A stretch of 64,000 nt of DNA from Gemmatimonadota bacterium. GTDB lineage: Bacteria > Gemmatimonadota > Gemmatimonadetes > Longimicrobiales > Gaopeijiaceae. A program made the translations under genes and the position numbers. The notes under the pieces were generated by a model. That model had not been told where the DNA came from, ran no database searches, and saw nothing but the letters and a program-made list of their open reading frames with translations. The stretch's first letter is position 1. Every line of letters starts with the position of its first letter. The stretch spans positions 6,636 through 70,635 of the forward strand of contig JAJDUP010000054.1 of assembly GCA_022826565.1 (NCBI GenBank), given 5' to 3'. Positions 36,324 to 45,459 of the stretch are shown piece after piece.

Positions 36324-37277
36324 TCAGGCGGTTGGGGGGCCGCAGAGGGGGAGATCGTCGTCGGCCTCCGGGTCGGTCTCGCGTGACTCGATCCCCACCT
36401 TCCAGCCCAACGCCGTCCCGAACCAGCCTGTCCCGTCCCCGAACACGGAGGGAACGTGGACTTCACCCTCAAGACCACGTCTGAGGCGGATCCAGTTCGC
36501 CCAGTTCCGGTCCACTGCTCCGATCATGACATCGGCAGCGGCGCCTGCCGGGAGCCCCTTATGCAACACGCGATGCAATTCCCACTCTTCACGCTCAACC
36601 AGCTCATAGAGGAAATCCCTTGGAAACACCATGGTCGTGTGGTCTCGACCACGGAGAGCCACCGGAAGGTACAGGGGGTCGTCGCGAGACCAGTGTTCTC
36701 CGAGGCCGACCAGTTGGGCCTCGGCGACAAAGGCACTGGCTCCGGGAACGGGCGACCAGGAAAACCGATACCCGGTGTCAGGCTCCAGGCGGCAGCGACC
36801 ATTCGTCAGGGACAGCCCCGTGGGAGAGAGGAACCCGGGCAGTCGGCTTGCACCCGTCAGCAGGCGACCGTCCGGCAGGGCAACTTCCAGCGAGAGCTGC
36901 TCTCCAGGTGTGATGGGACTTGGCCATACCCGGCCGATGTAGCAGGAACCCCCTGACGGGTGACGGGCCCCATCTGTCCGATGGGCCAGACAGGTGGCCA
37001 CCGGGTCGGGCACTTCCTGGAGCAGCATCGACTGGCCGTGCTCCCCGATAATCCGCACCACTGCACCAGGAATCTCGTACGATTGCGAACGCTCACTGCG
37101 TGTGATCAGGGCCACGACGCTCAACTCCGCCTGCGCGGGTTGGAGAGGGTCGTCGACCGTCAGCACCGCTGTGACCGCCGCCACCACCAATTCCGGCGAA
37201 GGGACGATCTCGACATCGGTGAGTTTGCAACCTCCGAAAACGAAGAGGGCCGGAATCACAAACACCTGGGATCGCAT
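36324..37277 (-). CDS. lipoprotein of unknown function (DUF4249-like), partner of the upstream TonB-dependent transducer
   Basis: ATG 37275-37277 overlaps the receptor stop (TGATG). MRSQVFVIPALFVFGGC lipobox. C-terminal AVDRNWANWIR...PSVFGDGTGWFGTA is reminiscent of DUF4249 lipoproteins encoded next to TonB receptors. 317 aa. Confidence 0.65.
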   Translation of the reverse strand: MRSQVFVIPALFVFGGCKLTDVEIVPSPELVVAAVTAVLTVDDPLQPAQAELSVVALITRSERSQSYEIPGAVVRIIGEHGQSMLLQEVPDPVATCLAHRTDGARHPSGGSCYIGRVWPSPITPGEQLSLEVALPDGRLLTGASRLPGFLSPTGLSLTNGRCRLEPDTGYRFSWSPVPGASAFVAEAQLVGLGEHWSRDDPLYLPVALRGRDHTTMVFPRDFLYELVEREEWELHRVLHKGLPAGAAADVMIGAVDRNWANWIRLRRGLEGEVHVPSVFGDGTGWFGTALGWKVGIESRETDPEADDDLPLCGPPTA

Positions 37278-39994
37278 CAGAACGACACCTCCACACCGAC
37301 CGTCGGCAGAATGGGAAGCATTGAGAATCCGGTGCGGGTCGGCGGGATGCCCATGTAGTTGTACTGGTAGTAGTGGACGTTCTTGCGATTGTAGACGTTG
37401 ATCACACTGAGATACGGGGTCACGGTTCCCCACCTCCTTTGCCAGGTCTTGCGGAGGATGATGTCCAACCGGTGGTAGGCCGGATAGCGCGCGGCGTTCT
37501 TCTGGCCGAAGAAGACGCCCTGCGCATAGGTCGGATCGAAGCGCCGGTCGCCTATTTGATGGTCGTAGATGTAGTACAGCGCGACAGCAGAGGTATATGG
37601 CCGCCCGGTGGCGAAGTTCCAGCGGAGCCCCGCCTCGAGGTTACCGGGCAGTGCGCGGCGCAGCACCAGGTCCAATTCCAGGCGGCGGTCGAAAACCGGT
37701 GGGTACTCGATGAGGGGAGCGGGATCGAGGCCGGAGTCGGTATCGGGAAAGGTGCGGGTGGCCTTGAGCAGCGACGCTGAAATCCAGCCGGTGGTCTTCC
37801 CGCGGCTCCTTCGAATCAGGAAGTCCGCGCCATAGGCCTTTCCTTGGCCGGACAGTAGATCGTCTGCGGGATCGCCTGGATCGTCCGCCCAGTTCCGGGC
37901 CACAACGCCATCGTAGGTCCGGTAGTATCCTTCCGCGGAAACGAACCACGCATCGCTCCCGAGAAGGGTCTCGATCCCGCCCTGAATCTGATCCGACACC
38001 AGCACCGGAGCTCTGTTCCCGGCGAGCATCCACCAATCAATGTCGATCGGCACCTCCTCGTCTCGCAGGGAATGGACAAACTGCGTGTAGCGACCGGCCG
38101 CCGCTTTGAGTGCGTAGGTACCCTCGCGAAGAAAGCGCTTCACCGCGATCCGTGGCGAAAGAGTTACGGCCGCCGGGTGGTCACCGGGACTCCAGTGGTC
38201 GAGTCGCAGGCCACCCTCCACCAGCCAACGGGCAGGGCGCCAGTGAATCTGTGTGTAGGCCGCCGATCCCCAGCCATCCCCGACGCCGATCGGAAATGCG
38301 TAGTCCGGGGCCCCACCATGGATGTCGTGGTCGTAGTCCATGCGGTAGGCGGCGAGTCCGGATGTCCAGCGCGTGTCGGCCGTGGGACGTTGTTCCAGGT
38401 CGGTGCCGAGCAGCCATTGGCCAATCCCGGTGCCCACGCCCACGTCCCCATGGGGCGAGAGCTCGAGGTCTGCCCTGAAGCGTGACACGCTGCCGTACAC
38501 ATCCCAGGCCCCGCCGTCGCCGCGCGGGCGGGTCCAGGAAGAGCCGACCGCATCGCTGCCCCAGCGCCAACGCCGGTCGGGGATCGCTTCCCAGTCCTCG
38601 GGATCGCCGTTGCCGGCAAGAACCTCGGCGTCCCGGAGACTCACGATGTCCCGTGCGGAATAGGCGGTGATGCGCACCCGGTCGCCGTCCCGCGTCCAGC
38701 CTTCGAACGCTGTTTGGGCACTCTGGAGACGGTAGGGTATGGGTGCGGCGAGGAAGGGTCTGGTCAACAGGTCCAGGTAGCTTCGACGGGCGGCGAACTG
38801 CCAGCGCGCGCTCACGAGCCCGAGACGGTTCGAGATGCGCCCCGGCAGGCTGCCCTTTACCGTCGCCCGGCTCGAGATCAGGCTGACGGCGGCGTCAACG
38901 TCCAACTCGGCGTCACCCATGTCGGATTCGATGTGCAGAACCGACGAAACACGTCCGCCATACCGCGCGGGGAATCCTCCCGACTTGAGTTCGGCCCACT
39001 TTATCGCATCGGGATTGAAGACGGAAAAGAGGCCGAAAGCGTGAAAGGGGTGGAAGATGGGCACGCCGTCCAGGAGAATGAGGTTCTGGTCCGCGGATCC
39101 GCCCCGGACGTTGAAGGCAGCGGTGAAGTCGGACGCCCGCGTCACACCGGGCAGCACCTCTACGCTCTTGAGAGGATCGGCTTCCGCGACAGCCGGAATC
39201 AACTTGAGTTCCGCACGGTTCAGTTCCTGTACCGTCAGGCCGGCGGAGTGCTCGAATCGCGCGCGCCGTCGGCTCCGTGCCCCCTCCACAACCACGCCTT
39301 CCACTGCGACCGGCTGTGCGTTCAGGGTGATCTCCACGCCGAAGTCGGCGTCGGGCGCCAGCGCGACTTCCGACTCGTGCCCGCCATATCCAATCCGGGC
39401 GACCTTCAGGATGTAGTCGCCTCCGGCCAAGCCATCGAAGATGAAAAAGCCCAGCCGGTCGGTTCCGGTGATGAGTTGGCGCGCCGTGTCGGCCGCGAGC
39501 AGCAGTCGCACCGTAGCGTCCTCGATCGGCACCGCGACTTCGGACCTGACCCGGCCGCGCAGGACCGCGTCCGGATCGGGGACACCGTAACCGGCGCTCG
39601 GTACCACGACGACCTGCGACCCCAGTTCGACGTATCCCAGATCCGTGCTGGCGAGGAGGTGGTCCAACGCCCCGGCCAGGTGAAGCGTCGCGCAGTCGCA
39701 ATCCACGCGCAGTCCACTCGGCAACAGGCTGGGGCTGAAGGCGATCTGCACCCGCGAGCGCTCGGCGAGCTCGGATAGAGCCCTTGCAAGCGGAGCCCGC
39801 TCGATGGAGAGGCGTGAGACTGTCGCCAGCAGACTGCCGGGGCCGGGGGTGATTCCGAGTTCGCCCCTCAGAGCCACCAGCACCTCGTCGTCCTGGGCAG
39901 CAAGCGTCAATGGCAGGGGTACCGGCGAGAGAACCGGGACCAACAACCTCGCGCAAACAACGACGGCTGAAGAGACGTTCTTCACCTTGCCCAT
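37277..39994 (-). CDS. TonB-dependent transducer (STN signalling domain - CarboxypepD_reg - plug - barrel), copy 1
   Basis: ATG 39992-39994 overlaps the upstream stop (TGATG). STN-like LARALSELAERSRVQIAFSPSLLPSGLRV...LGYVELGSQVVVVP; GRVRSEVAVPIEDATVRLL...GDYILKVARIGY; plug LPGVTRASDFTAAFNVRGGSADQNLILLDGVPIF; terminal ...PTVGVEVSF. Confidence 0.85.
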   Translation of the reverse strand: MGKVKNVSSAVVVCARLLVPVLSPVPLPLTLAAQDDEVLVALRGELGITPGPGSLLATVSRLSIERAPLARALSELAERSRVQIAFSPSLLPSGLRVDCDCATLHLAGALDHLLASTDLGYVELGSQVVVVPSAGYGVPDPDAVLRGRVRSEVAVPIEDATVRLLLAADTARQLITGTDRLGFFIFDGLAGGDYILKVARIGYGGHESEVALAPDADFGVEITLNAQPVAVEGVVVEGARSRRRARFEHSAGLTVQELNRAELKLIPAVAEADPLKSVEVLPGVTRASDFTAAFNVRGGSADQNLILLDGVPIFHPFHAFGLFSVFNPDAIKWAELKSGGFPARYGGRVSSVLHIESDMGDAELDVDAAVSLISSRATVKGSLPGRISNRLGLVSARWQFAARRSYLDLLTRPFLAAPIPYRLQSAQTAFEGWTRDGDRVRITAYSARDIVSLRDAEVLAGNGDPEDWEAIPDRRWRWGSDAVGSSWTRPRGDGGAWDVYGSVSRFRADLELSPHGDVGVGTGIGQWLLGTDLEQRPTADTRWTSGLAAYRMDYDHDIHGGAPDYAFPIGVGDGWGSAAYTQIHWRPARWLVEGGLRLDHWSPGDHPAAVTLSPRIAVKRFLREGTYALKAAAGRYTQFVHSLRDEEVPIDIDWWMLAGNRAPVLVSDQIQGGIETLLGSDAWFVSAEGYYRTYDGVVARNWADDPGDPADDLLSGQGKAYGADFLIRRSRGKTTGWISASLLKATRTFPDTDSGLDPAPLIEYPPVFDRRLELDLVLRRALPGNLEAGLRWNFATGRPYTSAVALYYIYDHQIGDRRFDPTYAQGVFFGQKNAARYPAYHRLDIILRKTWQRRWGTVTPYLSVINVYNRKNVHYYQYNYMGIPPTRTGFSMLPILPTVGVEVSF

Positions 39995-40954
39995 CAGTCG
40001 ATTCCCCCGCCACACAGCGGGAACTCTTCCTTACTGTCCTCCCTGCCAGCCTCGCGCGATTCCACACCGATCTTCCAGCGCACCGCGGTTCCGAACATCC
40101 CCGTGCCGTCGCCGAAGACGGAAGGAGTCCGAACCTCGCCGTTGACATGGATCCTTCCCTCGCGGATCCAGTTGGTCCAGTTGCGATCGACCGCGCCCAG
40201 GGCGATGTCCGCGGTGGCTCCTGCCGGAAGGCCCGCGTGAAGCACGCGGGCAAGCGCAGCGTCGTTTTGCCCCTGGTTGAGTTCGTAAAGGAAGCCACGC
40301 GGCACGGAAATCCCGGTCAAATCACCGCCGATCATCGCTACCGTCAGGTACAACGGGTCATCGTCGGTGCTCAGTTCACCGAGGCCGTCGATCACCGCCT
40401 CCGCGACGAACGCCACGGCGCCTTCCACCCGTGGCCAGGTGATGCGTTGATTGGTGTTCGGGGTCAAGCGACACCGGCCACCTTCGAGCGACAGGCCGGT
40501 GGGCGAGAACATGCCCGGCATGTGGCTGACCCCACTCATCGTGCCGCCGTCCGGCAGCTTGACCTCGAGATGCAGTTCTTCACCCGGGGTAAAGGTCCCC
40601 GATGGGGCAAGCGGCCTGGTAACAGGATCCGAAGAAGTCCCGGTTCACGCAGTCCTCTGCCGGATCCGGTTCCTCCCGCAACTGCATGGATTGCTCCGAC
40701 TCGCCGGTCACCCGAACCGTAGCCCCGTGGAGTGGCCGGGGATGTTCGCCCTCGGGGTAGTCGGTCAGGATGGCGACGATGTGAGTGCTGCTCTGCGAGG
40801 GGTTGGCCGGGTCGACCGTCACAACCGCTGTGGCTTCCGCCACCGCCAGTGCCGGGGGCGGGGCAATGATCTCGACCTCGGCTAGGTCACAACCCGGCGC
40901 GAGGAGCAATGCGGCGAGGCCCATACGGTCTTGTCGCGAGATGATTGAACGCAT
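39994..40954 (-). pseudogene. frameshifted paralogue of the 36324..37277 lipoprotein
   Basis: ORFs 40580-40954 (lipobox LLLAPGC) and 39994-40539 are colinear with the N- and C-halves of the intact paralogue. The frames join at a run of four C (+ strand 40597-40600). The span is 961 nt, so removing one base gives 320 codons. Confidence 0.7.
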
Positions 40955-43641
40955 CAGAACGAAACCTCCACTCCGATTGTGGGCAGAATGGGCATCAGGA
41001 ACCCTTCGGTGCGACGGGTTCCCTCGAAGCTGTGGGTGAAGGAGTAGTATTGGATGTTCCTGCGGTTGTAGATGTTCATCACATTGAGGTAGGGCGTAAC
41101 CCGGCCCCAGCTCTTCTCCCAGGTCCTGCGGAAGCTCAGGTCCAGGCGGTGCGAGAGGGGATAGCGCTCGCCGTTTCTCGGACCGAGGTGCAGCGTTGAG
41201 CCGGCAAAGGGCTCAACCTTCAGGTCGATCAGTTGCCGTCGGTTGATCCAGTAGTCCGCCAGGGGCAGCGTGTACGGCAGTCCCGAGCCCAGGTTCCAGC
41301 GCAGTCCGCCCGTCACTCCGCCTGGCAGTTCGTGACGGACGACCAGGTCGACATCGAGCCGGCGATCAAAGGGGGCCGGATGCTCCTTCATGAGAGGCGG
41401 AACGACTCCCGCGTCTGTATCGGGGAGCCTCCGGACTGCCTTGAGCAGCGAGACCGAGACCCAGCCCGTCGTGACACCCCTGTCCTTCCGCACCAGAACG
41501 TCGGCTCCGTAGGACCATCCGTCGCCCGCCACAAGATCGTCCTTCGGGTTGGCCGGGTCCTCCGCCCAGTTCCGGGCGACCAAACCATCGAAGCTGCGAC
41601 GATACACTTCGGTTGAGGCGTACCAGGTGTCGCCATCACCGAGCCATCCCTCCACGCCCAGCTGCAATTGGTCCGATACCAGGGGCGGCGCCTTGCTGCC
41701 CGTGAGTATCCAGGCATCCAGGCCGAGTGGGATCTGCTCGTCCCGTACGGAATGGAGGAACTGCGTATAGCGCCCGGCTGCGCCGCGCACGGCCCACCGC
41801 CCACCGCCAAGGAAACGCTTCACGGCGATGCGCGGCGAAGCGGCGGTCGAACCGGCCGCGTCCGATGGCCACCACTGATCCAGGCGCATGCCGCCCTCTA
41901 CCAGCCAACGGGGGTTGGGCTTCCAGTGGAGCTGGCTGTACGCGGCGATCCCCTTTCCATCTCCCCGGCCAGGGGGAAAGGCCTGGGGTACCCCGCCCTC
42001 TCCCAAGCTTTCGTATTCCATCCGGTTGACAAGCAAGCCTGACTTCCAGCTCGTGCGCGGGCCGGGCCGTCGCTCCAGATCCGCGGCCATGGACAACTGG
42101 CTCACCCGGGTTGCAAACCGCACGTCGCCGAATTCCGCAAACTCGAAGTTGCCGTGGGATCGAGAAGCCGAGCCGCGCACCTCCAGCACCTGACCGTCGG
42201 GCATCGGGCGAGTCCAGGAAGCGCCAACCGCCTCGTTGCCCCAAAGCCACAGCGCATCCGCTTCAGGGGTCGGATCAGATTCCTGATCCCCAAACAGCGC
42301 CGCTTCAGACGCATTCAGGATATCCCGGCCCACATAGGAGGTGATGTGCACCCGGTCACCGCCATCGGTCCAGCCCTCGAATGCGGCCTGTAGATCCCTC
42401 AACTGATACGGGAAGGCGATCCGCAGGAAGGGGTCAGTCAGCACATCCAGGTAGCTGCGGCGGCCCGAGACTTTCCAACGTGCATTGGCCAGCCCGAGGC
42501 GCTCCCTGGCGACATCGGACAATCCGCCTTTCACCGCTGCCCGCGAGGCCAGGAGGCTTACCGCACCGTCGAACCCCCATTCTCCGTCGCCGAGATCGGA
42601 TTCGATGCGCAGCAGCGACGACACCCGGCCACCGTACTCGGCCGCAAAACCGCCGGACTGCAACTCCGTCCGCCCCACCATGTCCGCGTTGAACACCGAG
42701 AACAGACCCATGGTGTGAAACGGGTTGAACAGCTCGACGCCGTCGAGCAGGATGAGGTTCTGGTCCGCCGACCCGCCGCGGACGTTGAAGGCCGCCGCGA
42801 TGTCGGAGACACGGGTGACTCCGGGGAGCACCTCGACTGTGCGCAGCGGATCCGCTTCAGCAACTCCCGGGATCGTCTTGAGTGCGGTTCGGCCAATCTC
42901 CTGAATTGTGGCCCCGGCGAGATCCTCGAAGCGGGCCCTTTGGCGGCTGCGTTCCCCTTCGACCTGCACACCCTCAAGTGCGATAGCTTGCTCCGCGAGT
43001 GTAACTGCCATGTGCAAGTCGTCGCCCGCGGCCACAGTGACCTGGGCCTCGTGGGGCGCGTATCCGATCCGTTCGACGGTCAGGAAATAGTCGCCGGGGG
43101 CAAGGTCATGGAAGGCGAAATAGCCGAGCCGATCGGTTCCGGTTGTCAGCTCCTCCGCTATGTGGTCAGGGGCCCGCAGGCGAGCGGTCGCATCCTCGAG
43201 GGGTATGGCTACCTCGGATCGCACCCGGCCGCGCAACACGCCGTCGGGATCGAGAATCCGGTAACCCGCCTTTGGTACGACGACGACCTGGGATCCCAAC
43301 TCCACGTAGCCCAGGTGGGTGTCGGCAAGTATGCGGTCCAGCGCGCCGGCCAGATTCAGCGCCGCACAGTCGCAGTCGACCCGGAGTCCGCTCGGCAGAA
43401 GACTGGGGCTGAAGGCGATCTGCACCTGTGAGCGCTCCGCGAGCTGGACGAGGGCGTCTGGGAGGAGCGCCTGGTCGGCGGAGAAGTTGGACCGGGTCGC
43501 CAGGAGGGTTCCCGGGGCGGGATCGACGCCGGTCTCACCTCGCAGTGAGGCCAGTACCTGGGTGTCCTGCGCCGCGAGCACCGCCGGAAAGACCGTGGGG
43601 AGCAGGAGGGCGAGCGCGGCCCGTGACATGCGCCGAACCAT
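40954..43641 (-). CDS. TonB-dependent transducer (STN - CarboxypepD_reg - plug - barrel), copy 2
   Basis: Starts at ATG 43641 (MVRRMSRAALALLLPTVFPAVLAAQ), 11 nt after the FecR stop. Colinear with and highly similar to copy 1 (QLAERSQVQIAFSPSLLPSGLRVDCDCA..., LPGVTRVSDIAAAFNVRGGSADQNLILLDGVELF, ...PTIGVEVSF). Confidence 0.85.
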   Translation of the reverse strand: MVRRMSRAALALLLPTVFPAVLAAQDTQVLASLRGETGVDPAPGTLLATRSNFSADQALLPDALVQLAERSQVQIAFSPSLLPSGLRVDCDCAALNLAGALDRILADTHLGYVELGSQVVVVPKAGYRILDPDGVLRGRVRSEVAIPLEDATARLRAPDHIAEELTTGTDRLGYFAFHDLAPGDYFLTVERIGYAPHEAQVTVAAGDDLHMAVTLAEQAIALEGVQVEGERSRQRARFEDLAGATIQEIGRTALKTIPGVAEADPLRTVEVLPGVTRVSDIAAAFNVRGGSADQNLILLDGVELFNPFHTMGLFSVFNADMVGRTELQSGGFAAEYGGRVSSLLRIESDLGDGEWGFDGAVSLLASRAAVKGGLSDVARERLGLANARWKVSGRRSYLDVLTDPFLRIAFPYQLRDLQAAFEGWTDGGDRVHITSYVGRDILNASEAALFGDQESDPTPEADALWLWGNEAVGASWTRPMPDGQVLEVRGSASRSHGNFEFAEFGDVRFATRVSQLSMAADLERRPGPRTSWKSGLLVNRMEYESLGEGGVPQAFPPGRGDGKGIAAYSQLHWKPNPRWLVEGGMRLDQWWPSDAAGSTAASPRIAVKRFLGGGRWAVRGAAGRYTQFLHSVRDEQIPLGLDAWILTGSKAPPLVSDQLQLGVEGWLGDGDTWYASTEVYRRSFDGLVARNWAEDPANPKDDLVAGDGWSYGADVLVRKDRGVTTGWVSVSLLKAVRRLPDTDAGVVPPLMKEHPAPFDRRLDVDLVVRHELPGGVTGGLRWNLGSGLPYTLPLADYWINRRQLIDLKVEPFAGSTLHLGPRNGERYPLSHRLDLSFRRTWEKSWGRVTPYLNVMNIYNRRNIQYYSFTHSFEGTRRTEGFLMPILPTIGVEVSF

Positions 43642-43652
43642 CGCCCCGGCGC

Positions 43653-44690
43653 TCACGAGCCGTCTCCCGAATCGGGGCTCTCCACCCTCACAACCCCTCC
43701 GCCGACACTGCACCGGGCGCCGACAACGCCGCACACCACCGTCATCACCTCCTCGAGCGACTTCGATTCGAACCACATGGTCAGGGTACGGTCGAGGAGC
43801 GCCGGGTCGTCCACCACCACATCGGCGCCGTAGCGCGCTTCGACCTCTTGCATCGCGACACTCAGGGGTGTGTCGTGAAAGATCAGGAAGTCGTCCAGCC
43901 AGACGGCGACGGTCTCGATCGGAGGCGCGGCCACGACATCCTGCGGCTGGCCCCGCAGCAGCCTCGTCGCCTGCCCCGCCCCAACGTGCACCTCATGATC
44001 CGGCCCGGCGAGTGCGACGCGTCCCTCCACGACCGCGACGGAGAGATCTTCCTCGCCGGCGGCCAGGTGGAAGCGCGTCCCGAGCACCTCGGCCGTCCCG
44101 GCGTCGGTCGTGATGCGGAACGGCCGGGCCGGGTCGCCTGCAACGGCGAAGAAGGCTTCGCCGCGGAAGGTCACCTCGCGCGCCGCTCCCTCCGGGATTT
44201 CCGTACGCCAGGAGGCAGTGAACCAGCTGTCGGGCCCGAGGCGGATCACGCTTCCGTCGGCCAGGCGCACGATCTCGGTCTCGTCGGAATCGGTCGAGGC
44301 GAACTGCTGGATCGAGGGGGCGGCACTGTTGCCTCTCAGCTGAACGACCACCTGCCACACTCCCAGGAACACCACCACCACCGCCGCAGCCGCCAGGGTG
44401 TCGCTCCAGCGAACCCGCCGGCGCCTGGGCCGCAATCTCCATCCGAGACGCGCAACGCGGCGCTGCCCCGACCGCGCTGCCCGGGCCTCCGCGCGCCAGA
44501 TTACGTCTTCCGCGCTCGGCGCCTCACCGGGGTCCACCCGGCGATCCGCCACATGCCCCACTTCGACCAGGCGCCGCAGCTCGGACAGCTGGCGCTCGCG
44601 CTCCGGTGAGTCCTCCAGCCAGGCGGTTACCACCGCGTCCTCTTCCCTGCTCGTCTGCCTGCGCAGATGCCGCAACAGCAATTCGTCCAT
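43653..44690 (-). CDS. FecR-family anti-sigma factor / transmembrane sensor
   Basis: 345 aa. N-terminal anti-sigma helix region, one TM (TLAAAAVVVVFLGVWQVVV), FecR domain (GSVIRLGPDSWF...FRGEAFFAVA...PFRITTDAGTAEVLGTRFHL). Confidence 0.85.
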   Translation of the reverse strand: MDELLLRHLRRQTSREEDAVVTAWLEDSPERERQLSELRRLVEVGHVADRRVDPGEAPSAEDVIWRAEARAARSGQRRVARLGWRLRPRRRRVRWSDTLAAAAVVVVFLGVWQVVVQLRGNSAAPSIQQFASTDSDETEIVRLADGSVIRLGPDSWFTASWRTEIPEGAAREVTFRGEAFFAVAGDPARPFRITTDAGTAEVLGTRFHLAAGEEDLSVAVVEGRVALAGPDHEVHVGAGQATRLLRGQPQDVVAAPPIETVAVWLDDFLIFHDTPLSVAMQEVEARYGADVVVDDPALLDRTLTMWFESKSLEEVMTVVCGVVGARCSVGGGVVRVESPDSGDGS

Positions 44691-45347
44691 CTAGTCCTCC
44701 TTCACTGCCTGCCGCACGGCTCGCAGCGCGGCGCTCATCTGGTTTGCGACGGTGGGCACCGAGATTCCCATCACAGCGGCCGCTTCGGCGTGCGTGAGAC
44801 CCCGCTGGAAGACCAGCTCGAAGACCTCGCGGCGCCGCTCGGGGAGCGAGGCCACGGCGGCTTCGAAGGCGTCGGCCAGGATCCTTGCGTCCAGCACTTC
44901 GGCGGGGGTCGCGGGATGCGGCACGTCCGCGGTCTCCTGCCGCTCCATCCACCGCCGCCTCACCCCCGACCGCCGCTTCTCGTCGATCACGAGGTGCCTG
45001 ACGATCCGGTACAGGTAGGCGCGGGCCGACCCGCGCGGGCGCCATGAACGCCGGCGCTCCCATACCTGGATGAACGCCTCCTGCACGACATCGCGGGCGA
45101 TCTCCACGTCCTGCAGTTGCCGCGCGGCGTAGCGCACGAGTTCGGGCCAGCACAGGTCCATCAGTTGGCCGAGCGCCGTCGACGATCCGCCCTTGATCGA
45201 GAGCATCAGGGGCTCGACCTGGTGGGCCAGGTCCGTCCCCGGATTGTCGTCGGCGTCGCGCATGAGGTGGAGGCTTCGCATTCGCCCGGTCTGTGCGTTC
45301 AGGGTTGGATCGGAGTCCCGCGACCGATCGTCTCGGTGCTTCTGCAT
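44691..45347 (-). CDS. ECF (group IV) RNA polymerase sigma factor
   Basis: 218 aa. Region 2 (LVRYAARQLQDVEIARDVVQEAFIQVWERR, ARAYLYRIVRHLVIDEKRR) and region 4 HTH (LPERRREVFELVFQRGLTHAEAAAVMGISVPTVANQM). Its stop abuts the FecR start. Confidence 0.9.
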   Translation of the reverse strand: MQKHRDDRSRDSDPTLNAQTGRMRSLHLMRDADDNPGTDLAHQVEPLMLSIKGGSSTALGQLMDLCWPELVRYAARQLQDVEIARDVVQEAFIQVWERRRSWRPRGSARAYLYRIVRHLVIDEKRRSGVRRRWMERQETADVPHPATPAEVLDARILADAFEAAVASLPERRREVFELVFQRGLTHAEAAAVMGISVPTVANQMSAALRAVRQAVKED

Positions 45348-45459
45348 GACAAGCGCGCGAGCTGCCTGTTTCTACTATGGCCCCCCCGGCGCGGGTCCGA
45401 TACGATGTCTGCAAACCGCCACCGAGCTGGAGGTCACTCCCGGACCCGGAGATCACCGC

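Noticed and set aside
45348-45459. Autoregulated ECF-type promoter (GAAC-N16/17-CGT) upstream of the sigma gene
   Set aside because: No convincing -35 GGAAC/TGAAC with a properly spaced CGT(C/A) element was found on the reverse strand.
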